A stretch of 64,000 nt of DNA, taken from assembly GCF_009914755.1 (NCBI RefSeq), contig NC_060944.1. The stretch is one strand, 5' to 3'. A model generated the notes under the pieces. It was not told the DNA's origin and did not search any database. It saw only the letters and a list, made by a program, of their open reading frames with translations. Of this stretch, positions 23,524-40,084 are shown in pieces; the stretch's first letter is position 1; every line of letters begins with the position of its first letter. This DNA comes from the human T2T-CHM13v2.0 reference genome, Homo sapiens. A program made the translations under genes and the position numbers.

Positions 23524-24221
23524 TAGCTATAATAATAATAGTAATTAGGTGCTCAACAATTCCTCAAGATTGCTAGTGTCTAAGGGCCTGGCGGGTAAGA
23601 TGTATTTATTCAACAGGTATTAATCTATTACCTACCACATGTAAAGCACTGTGGGGAACATAAGATGAATAAGGCATGGATTCTGCATTCAATTTGTAGA
23701 GCTGTAACTGTTGATGAGAGCTAACTGCAAGAAAGATGCTGAAGGTCCCAAATTCTGTAGAAGGATCAAGCTACTTCCTGGGCAAGGCGACATTTAAGTT
23801 AGGCTTTGAAGGGTGAAAAGAATTTGGACATAGGAAGACAGGAAAAAAGACATTCTAGGCAAAGAAGATGCCATGTGCAATGGCCAGGAGATAAGAAATC
23901 CAGGGCTACATACACAGAATGCAGCACGCTTCAGTTGGCTTTTGCAAGAAGGCATCAAGTGCTGTAGTGGGCATGAAGTGGGCAGTGTAAGTCCATAGTG
24001 ACTCTGAATTCAGAACTGATTCTGCAGGCACTCAGGCCAGGCGTGGTGGCTCACACCTGTGATCCCAACACTTTGGGAGGCCAAGGCGGGCAGATCACCT
24101 GAGGTCCGGAGTTTGAGACCAGCCTGGCCAACATGGTGAAACCCCGTTTCTACTAAAAATACAAAAATTAGCTGGATGTGATGGTGTGCGCCTGTAGTCC
24201 ACACCATCACATGCCCAGCTA

Positions 24222-24329
<108 letters not shown>

Positions 24330-24407
24330 TCAAAAAAAAGTTTTTAAACAAATCACACATCAGCAAGAAAAATGAGGGGAAAAGCTCCCTTACTCTGCCA
24401 TTTTTAC

Positions 24408-24549
24408 CTAGGAACATGGCCATGAGCTTCTTATCCTGAAGCAGGATGGCTCCTTTCACCAAGTACTCAAAGTAGGAGTCCACGCCAGCCCCGATGCCTG
24501 CGTCCTGGGCCACCCACTTGCCAGTGAGCACATCAATGTGGTTGCCGAC
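24408..24549 (-). CDS. EDEM2: EDEM2 exon 7 (142 nt; [12 protein letters not shown]...[13 protein letters not shown]...AMFL)
   Basis: Acceptor ctctcag|GTC, donor G|GTAAAA; GH47 DSYFEYL motif. Confidence 0.96.
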
Positions 24550-25539
24550 CTGAGAGAGAGAAAGACACACGGTCCCAACGGGAAGGCCGATGGCCAAAGA
24601 AGGATCTACTCACCCCCAACCCTGACTGCCCAGGGAGATGCAGGGCAGGTGCCCCAGTGCTTCTTGGGAAACATGCAGACCCTGAGAGGGAAGGGCAATG
24701 CTGGATCATGGCCAGCCTTCCTGTACATCTGCATAGTAGAGATGCATCTCATGCACATTTATGAGGACTTAATTATACACATTGAGCAAAAAATGAAAAA
24801 GAAAAATGATTTGGAGTGTTTATGTCCTGCCTAGAGTGAGTGTGAGATGGGAGATGAGAATTTGCTGTTGCCGCAATCTGTCTGATTTCTCAGCACCCAG
24901 CATGTGATTCCACTATCTGAAGACACAGACGTGCTTTACGTATTTCCATAAATTAACTCAATAAGAACATCCACCAAGAAGCTGACAGAGTGGTTCTAAG
25001 GAGAGAAACCGAATAGCTGGAGACAGGGGCAAAAGGGGACTTCACCAATGTCACTGAGTACCCTTTTTTGTATCCTTTGACTTTTTTTTTTTTAATTGTT
25101 CAGTCTCTGTAGAGACTGTGAAAAATTGGCAATGCCGGCCAGGCGCGGTGGCTCATGCCTATAATCCCAGCACGTTGGGAGGCTGAGGGGGGCAAAATCA
25201 CTGGAGGTCAGAAGTCCGAGACCAACTTGGCCAACATGGTAAAACCCTGTCTCTAATAAAAACACAAAAATTAGCCAGGCATGGTGGTGTGTGCCTATAA
25301 TCCCAGCTACTCAGGAGGCAGAGGCATGAGAATCACTTGAACCCAAGAGGGGGAGGTTGCAGTGAGCCGAGATCGTGCCACTGCACTCCAGCCTGGGCGA
25401 CAGGGGGAGACTCTGTCTCAAAAAAAATAAACAAAGATACGTATTTTTCTATTTTACTGTATTTATTTTATTTTTTGTATTTTTAGTAGAGACATGGTTT
25501 CTCCCTGTTGGTCAGGCTGGTCTCGAACTCCCGACCTCA

Positions 25540-25665
<126 letters not shown>

Positions 25666-26252
25666 TCAAAGAAATAGCTAACTGTTCCGCGTTGGTTTGT
25701 GTCCCCCCAGGAGCACAACCTCATTCTGCCTGAAAGTAGTTGATTTGGAAGGTAAGTCCTTGTAAACACCAGTAGAGGAGGGGGAAGTGAGGCAGGGCAA
25801 GGGAGGCGGCATTTAAGGGGTATGCCATCAGGCAGGTTTCCACCATGGGAACTGGAGTTCAATCTTGCTGGGGAGCTTAGGAATTCAGTGTAGAGCTCCA
25901 GCTTCGGAGTGATCCCACCCAAGGGGCAGGGAACTGGAATGTTTATCCACCAACTCCCATCAGTATCAGTTACCGGCTTGAGAGCTACTCATGGGTAGCA
26001 TTAAATCCTGGTACCCTCAGCCAAAGGCAAGCAGAGTGGCTCCAGGCACCAGAGGAGACCCACAGGCAAAGAGGCGCAGGTGATGGCAGTTGGAAGACTG
26101 GCCAGTGTGCATGGAAATGTTAAGAGTTGAGAGGATATGGGCATGGCACCAACAGAGTCTACTACGGTCCCACTGCTGGAGCAAAACCTGCCTGAGATGG
26201 ACTAAGGGATTTACTACAGGTCTCCAGCGGGGCACCTTTTTTTTTTTTTTGA

Positions 26253-26534
<282 letters not shown>

Positions 26535-27504
26535 TAGGGGGGCACCTTCTTAAGGGATTTTCGGGGAGTCCTCACACAAGCTTTACTTTTCAAGCTGGAT
26601 TAGCACCAGACTGCATAAAATGTGCCTAGACCTAAATGCAGTCTTCCTAAGTCAGAGTGACTCAGCAAAGTTGGTATTAATATATTAACGTTACTGCTGA
26701 AGTAACTGAGGACCAGAGAGGTTGAGTGACTTGCTCAGGGTCACACAGTTTCGATGTAGCAAGGCCAGGGCTTGAATCCAGTTCTGACTAAATCCAGTGT
26801 TATGTCCTGGATGGCTTTGGCTCAATTACTGTTAATCTTATTGATTATCCCATTTAGAAGCTGAAACTGACCTTAGAGATCATCTGGTCCAAAGTGTGTT
26901 CAATTTCCATGGGTTAATAGTACTGGAAGATAAAGGGAAGCTCTGGTGTTAAATAAGTTTGGGAAATGTTAAATTAAACAAAGTTGAATAGATTTCTTTA
27001 CTAGAGGATTTTTATTCTGCTCATGTGCATTCTGACTCTCCAAAAAAGGGGGGGATATTATATCTAATATTCCCCTAACTTAATTGGCCAAGACTCATTT
27101 TTTCATGCAACTGCCACTCAGTATCTCTCAGAACCGGTGTCCTAAGAAACACAGCAAATACAGATAGACGCTAAAAATGAAGGCCGGACGAGCTGATGAT
27201 CTGAAGCCGTCAAGTGAGTCAGGGGCATGAAACATACGACCCTCTTCCTAGAAATCAGAGAATCTCAACTGGTCAAAGCTGAATGCAGCCCCTGCTGCCT
27301 GCCAGAAACGTGCTTTCCCACTCTCCTCCCCACTCCAAGCCAAACTTGAATTGGAGGCTTGGTCTATTTTTGGTGTCCTGAGCCCAAATCCTGGACCACT
27401 CCCAAGGTCACCCTAAGTTTTCCTTGGCTTGACTGCAACTTATTGCTCAGAGCCCTGGGCCTCGTAAGCAGGGACTCAAACAGGAAGGGCAGCAGCGAAC
27501 CTAC

Positions 27505-27716
27505 CAGCCCGATATCTGACCGGCTCTCCCAGAGGCGCATCAAAGCCACTCTGGCCACATCTTCGAACACCGGGTCACCAGTGAGGCTGCTCAGGGTGGC
27601 AAATTCAACAATGAAGGTCCCAATCCCTGCCGTACAGGTGACAGGGGTCTCTCCTGGGTTCACGCCATGAAGTAAGTTCACTGTTCCATATGGCATGCCA
27701 GTGGGGGTCTGAAAGG
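27505..27716 (-). CDS. EDEM2: EDEM2 exon 6 (212 nt; [15 protein letters not shown]...RSDIGL)
   Basis: Acceptor ttcag|CC, donor CTG|GTAGGT; AF.TPTG.PY motif. Confidence 0.96.
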
Positions 27717-28199
27717 CTGAACAATCGACAAATTATGATCCCGGACAGGAGCAGGGGGATAGGGATAGTTCTGATACACGCCCAAAGCCTGGGACCTTAG
27801 CCAGCACTTCCCTCTTTCTCCTGGGTATCCTGCTAGAGTCTGAGCCAGAGAAAGATTAAATGTCATAACTGGAGGGCCCTGAGCAGCCACCCAGCCCAGA
27901 TGCTGTCAAACACTGCTCTGCATAACCTTGGGTTCCTGCTCATCATGAGGGGGCAGGGAGCAGGCTGTGCTCCACACACACTCGCTTTAGCTAGAGAGCT
28001 TTACCTATTTTTATTTATTTTACACTACGCCTTCAAAGCCCAGGCAGGTAACTTATTGTGATGCAGGCAGGGTTTAAGCCACAGAAAGTGGTGGGGCTTG
28101 TGGCACAATGACAAGAGTAAGCCCCGTTCAAAGCCATTCATAGACTTTTGGCTCACGCCTATAATCCCAGCACTCTGGGTGGCCAAGGCAGGCAGATCA

Positions 28200-28475
<276 letters not shown>

Positions 28476-30025
28476 TTAAATAAAGAGTATAGGGGCTAAA
28501 TTATTTTTAAAGGGAAGCAAAATAGGATATAAACCACTAAACCACGGATATAGTATGACCCTCGATTTATAGGTAGGGAAAACCATGCCTGTAAAGAAGT
28601 AATTCAGCCACAGGTCACACAGAGAGAGTCAAACAGAGCTGGGATGGGAACGCCTCCCCTGTGCCCACCCCAGCCCCAGTCCAGTTCTCTGCCCGCCCCA
28701 CCCAAGTGGCACCCAAGTGCCTTCTGGTTCAAGACGAGAACTGGACAACCAGCCAGAGGCAGAGATTTCCTCTCCGGGCCTAAAGGTCAAACAACTCCAG
28801 AGCAGCCTATGCGTCACCAAACTGTGAACAAAGGTGTCGACACTTCCAAGAACCACAGGGTCTAGCAACTGTGTCTGCCACAGACAAGAAACTTGCAATC
28901 TGGCAGGCACCAGCGGGAGAGCAAGTCACAACCAGGAAGGGCTCTAAGCAATATTTCAGAAAAAGTCAGGCTGTAATAAAAAGAAGAGGAGTGACAAAAT
29001 CCTGTTTCTTGACCTTTTTTTATAAAATGACCAATGACCAAAAATAATTAAATTATAAAGGAGGAGCAGCTAGGCAGAGTTTCCAGAGTTTCCTCCAGGG
29101 ATGAATCACACAGGACACAATGTCTGCAAGGAGACGCTCAAGCCATGAGCCATGAGCCATGAGTGAGACCTGAACCTAGCTCACCCGCTATCCTCAGCTC
29201 TCCCCCAAAGGAGAGGCAAGTGCTATGTGAGAAGGATAAAGAGGCCGGGTGTGGTGGCTCACGCCTGTAATCCCAACACTTTGGGAGTCCAAGGCAGATG
29301 GATCACTTGATCCCGGGAGTTCAAGACCAGCCTGGGCAACATGGTGAAACCCCATCTCTACAAAAAAAAATTTAGCCATGCATGGTGGCATCTGCCTGTA
29401 ATCCCAGCTACTCAGGAGGCTGAGGTGGGAGAATCAACTGAGCCCAGAAGTTCGAGAGGCTGCAGTGAGCCATGATCACGCCACTGCACTCCAGCCTGGG
29501 CGACAGAGCAAGACCCTGTCTGAAAAAAAAAAAAAAAAAAAAAATTAAGAAAGAAAAGGGATAAATAAGTGAGATGGCCAAGAGGTGATGGAAAGCACAG
29601 TGTGACGTGTCTGGGTGTGAACAGTCCTCAGAGCCTCCACCACACCCTGAAGGGAACACAGTGTACAGTTGATGCTACTGAGCCTGGTGTTACTGCCCCA
29701 CTAGACAAAAACATGGAGGCTTGACCTGCAGCCCTGGACACAGCTTAGCCACAAAACAAATCCCTCTCGTTTTAAAAGTGTTGGACGTTCTCTAAGCAGT
29801 TTCTCCTTCCTGACCTCATTTTAGCCTCTCCAAAACCCGATGTGGTAGGGAAGTAGAAATTATGATTCTCATTTGATAGATGGGGAAACCAAACTGTGGA
29901 GAGAGGCCAGACACAGTGGCTCATGCCTGTAATCCCAGCACTTTGGGAGGCCGAGGCAGCCAGATCACTTGAGGTCAAGAGTTTGAGACCAGCCTGATCA
30001 ACGTGGCGAAACTTCATCTCTACTA

Positions 30026-30124
<99 letters not shown>

Positions 30125-30648
30125 TTACAGTGACTTGAGATTGTGCCACTGCACTCCAGCCTGGGCGACAGAACAAGACTCCATCACAAACAAACAAACA
30201 ACAAACTATGAAGAGAAAGAGTGGCTTGGTCACGATGTTGGCTGGCAGAGCTGAGTCTAGAATCCAGGGCTGCTAATGCTCACACCAACACCCTTCCCTG
30301 GGCCCCTGTTACTCCAGCAGTGTGTGGAATAACTGTAGTACCTGGAAGGGGACAAATGGGCTCATTCAAAATAAGGGTAATGGCCTTCCACCCACCAGGC
30401 TGGCCACCTTCAACCATCCCCTGCAAACAATAATGAGGTCAACTCATCCATCCGGGTCAGGGCCCCAGCAGGCCCTTAAAATGCCCAGGACACTCCTGAT
30501 TTCCATGGTGGGTGCCTGGTGGGTAGAAAGACCAAATACACCTGGTGAGAAATACCAGGAATTAATTCAGCACTGCCACTCTCATCTTCAGCAAGGGAAG
30601 CAGGACCTACTGGACTTCGTCTCTGCCCCATCTCTGTGTGGGTCTTAC

Positions 30649-30774
30649 CTGGGAGGAGTTTTCGGGCCGCCTCCTCAGCCATTCTCAGGAGAGGCCCGGA
30701 ACAGGGCCATCCAGCCTCTACTTCCACCCCAGCCTTCTTGGAGAGCAGATGAGCAGACAGGAGTCCTCCTACCA
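30649..30774 (-). CDS. EDEM2: EDEM2 exon 5 (126 nt; [16 protein letters not shown]...ARKLLP)
   Basis: Acceptor ctgtag|TG, donor G|GTAAGA; GGLLSA motif; lies within ORF 30476..30865. Confidence 0.96.
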
Positions 30775-31346
30775 CTACAGATGGCACAGAAAGCAAATGG
30801 CACAGTCCAAAGGGAAAGACCAAGGGATCAAGGATCTTTCCCCTGTGCGAGTTAAACATAAACACTCTATTGTGGGGCGCATGTTCTCAGGACCTCCTGA
30901 AGCTATTTCACGGGTAAAAACAAACAAACAAAAACCTCACTCTGTTGGGGTGGCTCACTGGGAAGGAGCTAGAGCCACCCAGCGAAAAAAGAGTCCCTTA
31001 ATCCCACATATTTCTATGGTGTTAAGTTTATGGGGTTTTCTTCTCTTGGTTCATCACAGGAACAGTGGCTATTTTTTGTAAGTCCCTATTGTGTACCAAG
31101 CACTAAGTACTACTGTCCCCTCTTCGTATGAAGATACTGAGGTTCCATGAGATAAAGTGACTTGCCCCAGGTCACCCATCTAGTAGGTGGTAGGGCTGAG
31201 TATCTTTGATTCCAAAGCCCATGCTCATTCCATTTGTCACTCTGTCTGTCTCCCAGTCACCTGTCATACCTGGGGGGAAGGGGTAATGGTGGTTATTACC
31301 TTTATTTTACTAATTTATCTATTTCAACTTATTATGCAATATGTAG

Positions 31347-31589
<243 letters not shown>

Positions 31590-31931
31590 TGATCCACCTG
31601 CCTCAGCCTCCCAAAGTGCTGGATTTACAGGCATGAGCCACCGCACCCGGCCTACTTAGAACTTTTAAAAAGACACAAAGGTTCTTGGAAATACAGCTAA
31701 ATAGATATCCTGAGTGGCCCTCTCAATGAAAATAACTGGTGACCCTAAGTTTCAAAATTCCCCTCCTCCCTGCAGAGGGGGAATAGGAGACCAAGGTCAG
31801 ACCTGCCCCAAGTGGAAGTCTGATAAAAGGTCCCTATGCAGGCCAGGCATGGTGGCTCACATCTGTAATCCCAGCACTTTGGGAGCCGAGGTGGAGATCA
31901 CGAGGTCAGGAGATGGAGACCATCCCGGCTA

Positions 31932-34165
<2,234 letters not shown>

Positions 34166-34399
34166 TAAGAATGACCTTCATTTACAGATGACAAACTGGG
34201 CTCAGAAGCTGGGAGACATAGCAGCAAGTACAGCCTCAAACTCAGGCCGGATTCCTAAACCAGGATTTTAGACCATGTTGTCCCTCTGCTCTCTTCTCTT
34301 TTTTAATCTTTTATGGATCATATGTCTGGAATATAAGTTTCATTGCAGAAAACATACAAAATAATGGGGAAAAATAGAACTCTGCCATCCAGAGGTGAC

Positions 34400-34820
34400 A
34401 GCTGTTAAGTGGTCTAGAGGTTCGATGCAAATAAGGGCTGTGCTGGCTTCACAAGAATCACTGGAAGTCTGCTAAAAATACTGATTCTAGGACCCAACAC
34501 AGAGATTCCAATTCATTAGGTTTAGGGTGGAGTCTCAACATCTGAATTTTTTAACCACTTGGGAGTGGTTCCTATGGGCTGCCAAGTTTGGAAGATTAAT
34601 GCTGTAGATTTGCACTGTCCAATACAATAATCACTAACTACATGTGACTACTTAAATTTAATATCATTAAAATTAAATGAAATTAAAAATTCAATTCCAT
34701 AGTTGTAGTAGATACATTTCAAATGCTCAATAGCTCATGTGGTTCGTGGCTACCATACTGGACAAAACACAGCTATAAGACATTTCCATCACTGCAGAAA
34801 ATTGGATTGGACAGACAATA
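34400..34820. mobile_element. MER5A-like fragment plus MER3 DNA transposon
   Basis: agattccaattcattaggtttagggtggag (MER5-like) and cactgtccaata...attggacag inverted ends (MER3). Confidence 0.6.
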
Positions 34821-35141
34821 AGTTCCAAGAAGGCAAGGATCATATCTTTCTTGTTCATAGCTGTATGCCTAGTATCAAATACATATTAAAGAGGTGAGTA
34901 ATCTGGTGTATTTCTTTCCAGTCTCTTAGTCTCCTGCTCACTTTCATATCTGAAACTGATGGGGAAATCCTGAGACTTCCCCACCTCACCCTCCAGGAGG
35001 GAAGAAGAGCTCTGTCGGTCAGAGGTTTTGGCCAAGGGTCCTGGCATGGTCAGTCCTTAAAATCCTATTTACCACTTCTTGGTTTACAGAGGCAACTTCA
35101 CACTCTTTTTTCTTTTAAAGGTCCTAGAGAGCAGCCCTTAC

Positions 35142-35247
35142 CTCGAATGTTTGTTTCAAACACAGAGGCGTTCACATCAATATCAAAGTCCACGCTGTCC
35201 TGGAGCACTTCAACCACTCTTTGGAATTCTGAGACATTCCCCAAAAT
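35142..35247 (-). CDS. EDEM2: EDEM2 exon 4 (106 nt; ILGNVSEFQRVVEVLQDSVDFDIDVNASVFETNIR)
   Basis: Acceptor ccag|ATT, donor G|GTAAGG; contains the GH47 FETNIR motif with catalytic E117. Confidence 0.96.
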
Positions 35248-36843
35248 CTGGAAATAAAAAAGAGACCTGACAATGAGGCTCTTACATGCATGGAGGCAGA
35301 TTCAGAGTCTGGGATCCTATGTTGATGTGGCCCTCACTAATTCCACTTAAGACCTCCAGTTTCTGTCCTAGGATTGGTGACAGCAGAAGAAAACACTGAG
35401 AGCTAGAAATCATCTAGAGACTTCATACCAAGAGACTGGTTAAGTAAATTCCTAGGTCCCAATTAAGAGTCACGATGTTGTCATTTAAATGGACACAATA
35501 TAAAGAACGCAAACTACGCATAGAAGTCTTAGGTTTTTTGTTTCGTTTTTTTGAGACAGAGTCTCGCTCTGCTGCCCAGGGTAGAGTGCAGTGGCGTGAT
35601 CTTGGCTCACTTCAAACTCCGCCTCCTGGGTTCAAGCGATTCTCCTGCCTCAGCCCCGAGTAGCTGGGATTATGCACCACCATGCCCGGCTAATTTTTGT
35701 ATTTTTAGTAGAGACGGGGTTTCACCATGTTGATCAGGCTGGTCTCAAACTCCTGACCTCATGATCCACCCGCCTTGGCCTCCCAAAGTGCTGGGATTAC
35801 AGGTGTGAGCGACCGCACCTGGCCAAAAGTCTTAGTTTGACATTTGCAGTAGATACCAGTTGTCACCTTCAACCTTGTGGAAAACAGAACAGGTTGGTTG
35901 GCCCAAAACAAATTCATTCCTACCCTCTTTACCTCATGGCCTCCCACCAGAGGTTGGAAATCCAGAAGCTTTCTCGGCCTCCTTTGCTGCTGCAGTTGAT
36001 TGTGTTACCCAGTCAATTCTGACCCTTGAGAGGTCTACTGGGGGCACTTCTGGGAAGGCTTCTGTTTTCTTAATACCAAGGGACAAACACAGCTAACATG
36101 GCTTTTAGTCTCTCTCTTTCTGCCTTGAACTCAGACTCGATTTCTGAAGTGATGGCAGCTATGTGAGACCATGACGTACTAAGCATTAGAATAAAAGCCA
36201 AAACACTAACGATACTAGAATGCAAAGCTACAAAGAGGCTGGTCTCTAATGACACAGTTGCGTAGCTGACCCAATGCTAGAAATTACCTCTAGACTTTCT
36301 TTTACTTGAGAAAATAAACCCTCTTTATTTAAACCGTTAGCCAAATGCAATCTCAATCTCTCTTCTTTTGATAGTAACATCTCAATTTACCCTCGAGGAA
36401 TCACTCTTCCCCGGCAGTCACTCCTGTGGTTTGGGAGAGGCTGATCCCATCCCTCTAGCTGTGGAGTGGGTACTTGACCTGAACCAGTCCAAGTCTTTTT
36501 TTTGAGACAGGGTCTTGCTCTGTTACACAGGTTGGAGTGCAGTGGTGTGATCATAGCTCATCACAGCCTCGAACTCTGGGACTTGAGCAATGTTGGCCTC
36601 CCAAAGTGCTGGGATTACAGGCATGAGCCACCACACCTGGCCCTTTTTACCTTTCTAAGCATCAGGTTTCTTTTATATCTTTTTTTTGTTTGTGTGAGAC
36701 AGGGTTTTACTCTGTTACCCAGACCAGAGTGCAGTGGTGCGATCTCGGCTCACTGCAACCTCTGCCTCCCTGACTCAAACAATCCTCCTACCTCACCCTC
36801 CTCCCTAACAAATGGAGCCACAGACATGTGCCATCATGCCTAA

Positions 36844-36978
<135 letters not shown>

Positions 36979-37095
36979 TAAGCATCAGGTTTCTTAACGA
37001 TAAGAAGGAGTAAAGGTACTAACCTCAAGAAGTTGTTAGAAGAATTAATACATGTCTGTACTAAGCCCTACAGAAACATACTAACTAGTCACTGA

Positions 37096-37442
<347 letters not shown>

Positions 37443-37747
37443 TAAGCCTCTGAAAACAGGAGATGTCAAAGTCTCTGTATCCCCCATAGAGCTATGCAAG
37501 CCTATCACAATTCTCCGTACATAACAGGTCCTCTATAAATGTTTGCTAAATAAATGAATCTGCATAAGTTGTAGTTCGTTTTTCCCCTATCTAGCTAGGC
37601 AACCACAGCCGGACGCTTCAGAATCATGAGATGCAAATAAAAGGCCTAGGAGAGGAATTCATTTTTCACCCACAGTCACGCTGCCAAAAGAGGAAGGATG
37701 TTGGTTATGTAACAGTGGAAAGGAAAAGAAACAGACGAGATACTTAC

Positions 37748-37787
37748 CAGCAAGGTGTCCAGTGCATCAATTAGAGTCAGAGAAAAA
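37748..37787 (-). CDS. EDEM2: EDEM2 exon 3 (40 nt; FSLTLIDALDTLL)
   Basis: Acceptor ttgcag|T, donor CTG|GTAAGT; GH47 motif TLID(A/S)LDTL; absent from the ORF track. Confidence 0.96.
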
Positions 37788-38569
37788 CTGCAAAAGGACA
37801 GAAATCCCAGCCGCTTAGTAAGAAAATCAAATACCAGATATTATGGCTGCCCTAGATCTGATCCCCCTAAAACTAAATGAGGCAAAGTAATGCCTCTGCC
37901 TGTCCCACTTACAGTCACAACAGAGAAACCACAGTGAAAATCGCAGGTATTCTCTGACCCACTTAATGCACCTGGGAGGGTTGGCTGATGTAGCTCAATT
38001 GTAATTAAATACATCACCTATAGTCTGGCATTCTCCTCTACCATTGGGAGGCAGTATAAGATTGCAGCTTAAAGCACAGGCCTTTCACCAATTTTCACCT
38101 CTAGGAATTTAATTCACAGTGAACAGCTGTTTGAGAGTGTTCATGGCAGTATTGCTTAGAACAGCAAGAGGCTGGAAAGAACCCAACTGTCCACCCATTA
38201 ATGGGTGATTAAACTGTGTTATAAACAGTGCAAAACTATGAGTTATCAAAAAGATTGTTATCAAGACTTCTATGTGCTGATGGAAAGACATTCGAATTGT
38301 TTTTAATGAAAAAGTCAGGGTGGTTTAGTATGTTTCCATCTGTTTCAAAAAGACATGCTGACAGAAAGCAGACAGCAATTGTTAGGGTCAGTGGTGGTGC
38401 AGGGATGAACTATAAAGGGCCACAAGGGAACTTTTTAAAGTGACAGAAGTGTTTCATATCTTGACTGTGATGGTGGTCACTTCAAACGAGTGTAGGCTGG
38501 GCACAGTGGCTCATGCCTGTAATCCGCCAGCACTTTGGGAGGCCTAGGTGGGTGGATCACCTGAGGTCA

Positions 38570-38824
<255 letters not shown>

Positions 38825-39593
38825 TTAAGAAGTTCATTTTAAAAAGATACACATACACACATCTATATATATAATGGTATAAACCAAGAATATTTCTGGA
38901 CAGATACAAAGGAAAGTTAATAGTTGGAATTCTAGGGTATGGGAGATATTTATTGTATATAATCTTTTACCACTTGAATTTGCCATTTGTATTTACTTTG
39001 TTTCAACTTAAAAAAATAAAAACCATCACAAGTTTTGAGTTTAATTTCTCCCGACCTTAGCACATTCGTGTGTAAAACAGGGATAATGGCACCTAACTCG
39101 TAGGGGTATTAAGATACTGAGCTGAGATCTGAATGACAAGCAGCAGCCAGTGATGGGAGGAAAATGGGGAGTGTATTTCAGGCACGGGGCACACCAACTA
39201 CAAAGACTTAAGTTTTAGGAGTGTCACACTCCTTCCTGGATCTGAATGCCCACCTACATAATGAAAGGGGTGGGTTTTCTAATTCTTGGAGCCCTTCCAC
39301 GGTATCTCGTTACTCCAGAAATTGCCTATGTCCCCACAGCTGATGCCTGTTACTGCTGGGGCTGAGCTCAGCGATCCAGCCCACCCGGCTAATCCAGGAC
39401 TTTTTTTTTCACTGCGAGAGGCTAAGTGGATCCTGGAGGTGATAGTAAGAATTGCGGGGAGCGCGGCTCTAGCTCAGCTGGGAGCTTTCTGGTGCCGGTG
39501 AGGAGACCATGAAGCCACCAGCCCCAGCTGACCCGCCCGCCGAGGCCCAGAGAGTCAGACCCTGGCCGCCCCTTGCCCCTCCGCTCGCACTAC

Positions 39594-39704
39594 CTGCCCC
39601 AGGTGTCGTGCCCGTCACAGGTGAGAGGTCGCAGCTCATCGAAGGGAAAGGCATTCTCCAGGTAGCTGTCGTAGGCGTGGTAGAACATGGCCTTGACTCG
39701 CTCC
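39594..39704 (-). CDS. EDEM2: EDEM2 exon 2 (111 nt; [36 protein letters not shown])
   Basis: Acceptor cccag|G, donor AG|GTAGTG; GH47 N-terminal motif MF.HAY..Y...A...DEL.P; contains C65. Confidence 0.97.
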
Positions 39705-39920
39705 CTGGGTGGGGGACGAGAAATCAGGCATGGGGCAAGAACACAAAAACAAGCGGGGGAAGAACAAGATACAGGGCGGAAAGTGGGAATCACTAGCTGA
39801 TTTCTCCCTGGGACCTAGCGGCTGTGTCGGAGCAAGTCGGGGTCTGGGATGGACGGAAAGGGAAAGGACCGGGTTCACGCTTCCCATTCCCCAACTGCGA
39901 AAGGGCGGGTCACAGTTCAC

Positions 39921-40027
39921 CTGTAGTGGGCGGGATCTGGCGCGGAGCCGTCGGGACCTGGCGCACCATGGTGCTGAGGCAGCAGCGCGCACAGGAGGCC
40001 GAGCGGGATGAGCAGCCGGAAAGGCAT
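39921..40027 (-). CDS. EDEM2: EDEM2 coding exon 1 (107 nt; signal peptide region MPFRLLIPLGLLCALLPQHHGAPGPDGSAPDPAHY)
   Basis: ATG at 40027; donor AG|GTGAAC at 39920; hydrophobic N-terminus; the phase joins exon 2 to give R36. Confidence 0.96.
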
Positions 40028-40042
40028 AGAGCTCGTGTCCTC

Positions 40043-40084
40043 TCAGCGCCCCCGCAGCAGCAGCAGCCACTGCAACCAGTTCAT
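40043..40084 (-). other. Upstream ORF (MNWLQWLLLLRGR*) in the EDEM2 5' leader
   Basis: ATG at 40084 (cccaggATGa), TGA at 40045-40043, ending 15 nt before the main ATG; requires a TSS upstream of 40084. Confidence 0.7.

Noticed and set aside
29141-29163. (AGCCATG)3 tandem repeat
   Set aside because: Short slippage duplication in an intron with no supporting context
30322-31081. Plus-strand ORFs of 177 and 147 aa antisense to exon 5
   Set aside because: No recognisable domain or promoter; GTG starts; explained by chance and overlap with coding sequence
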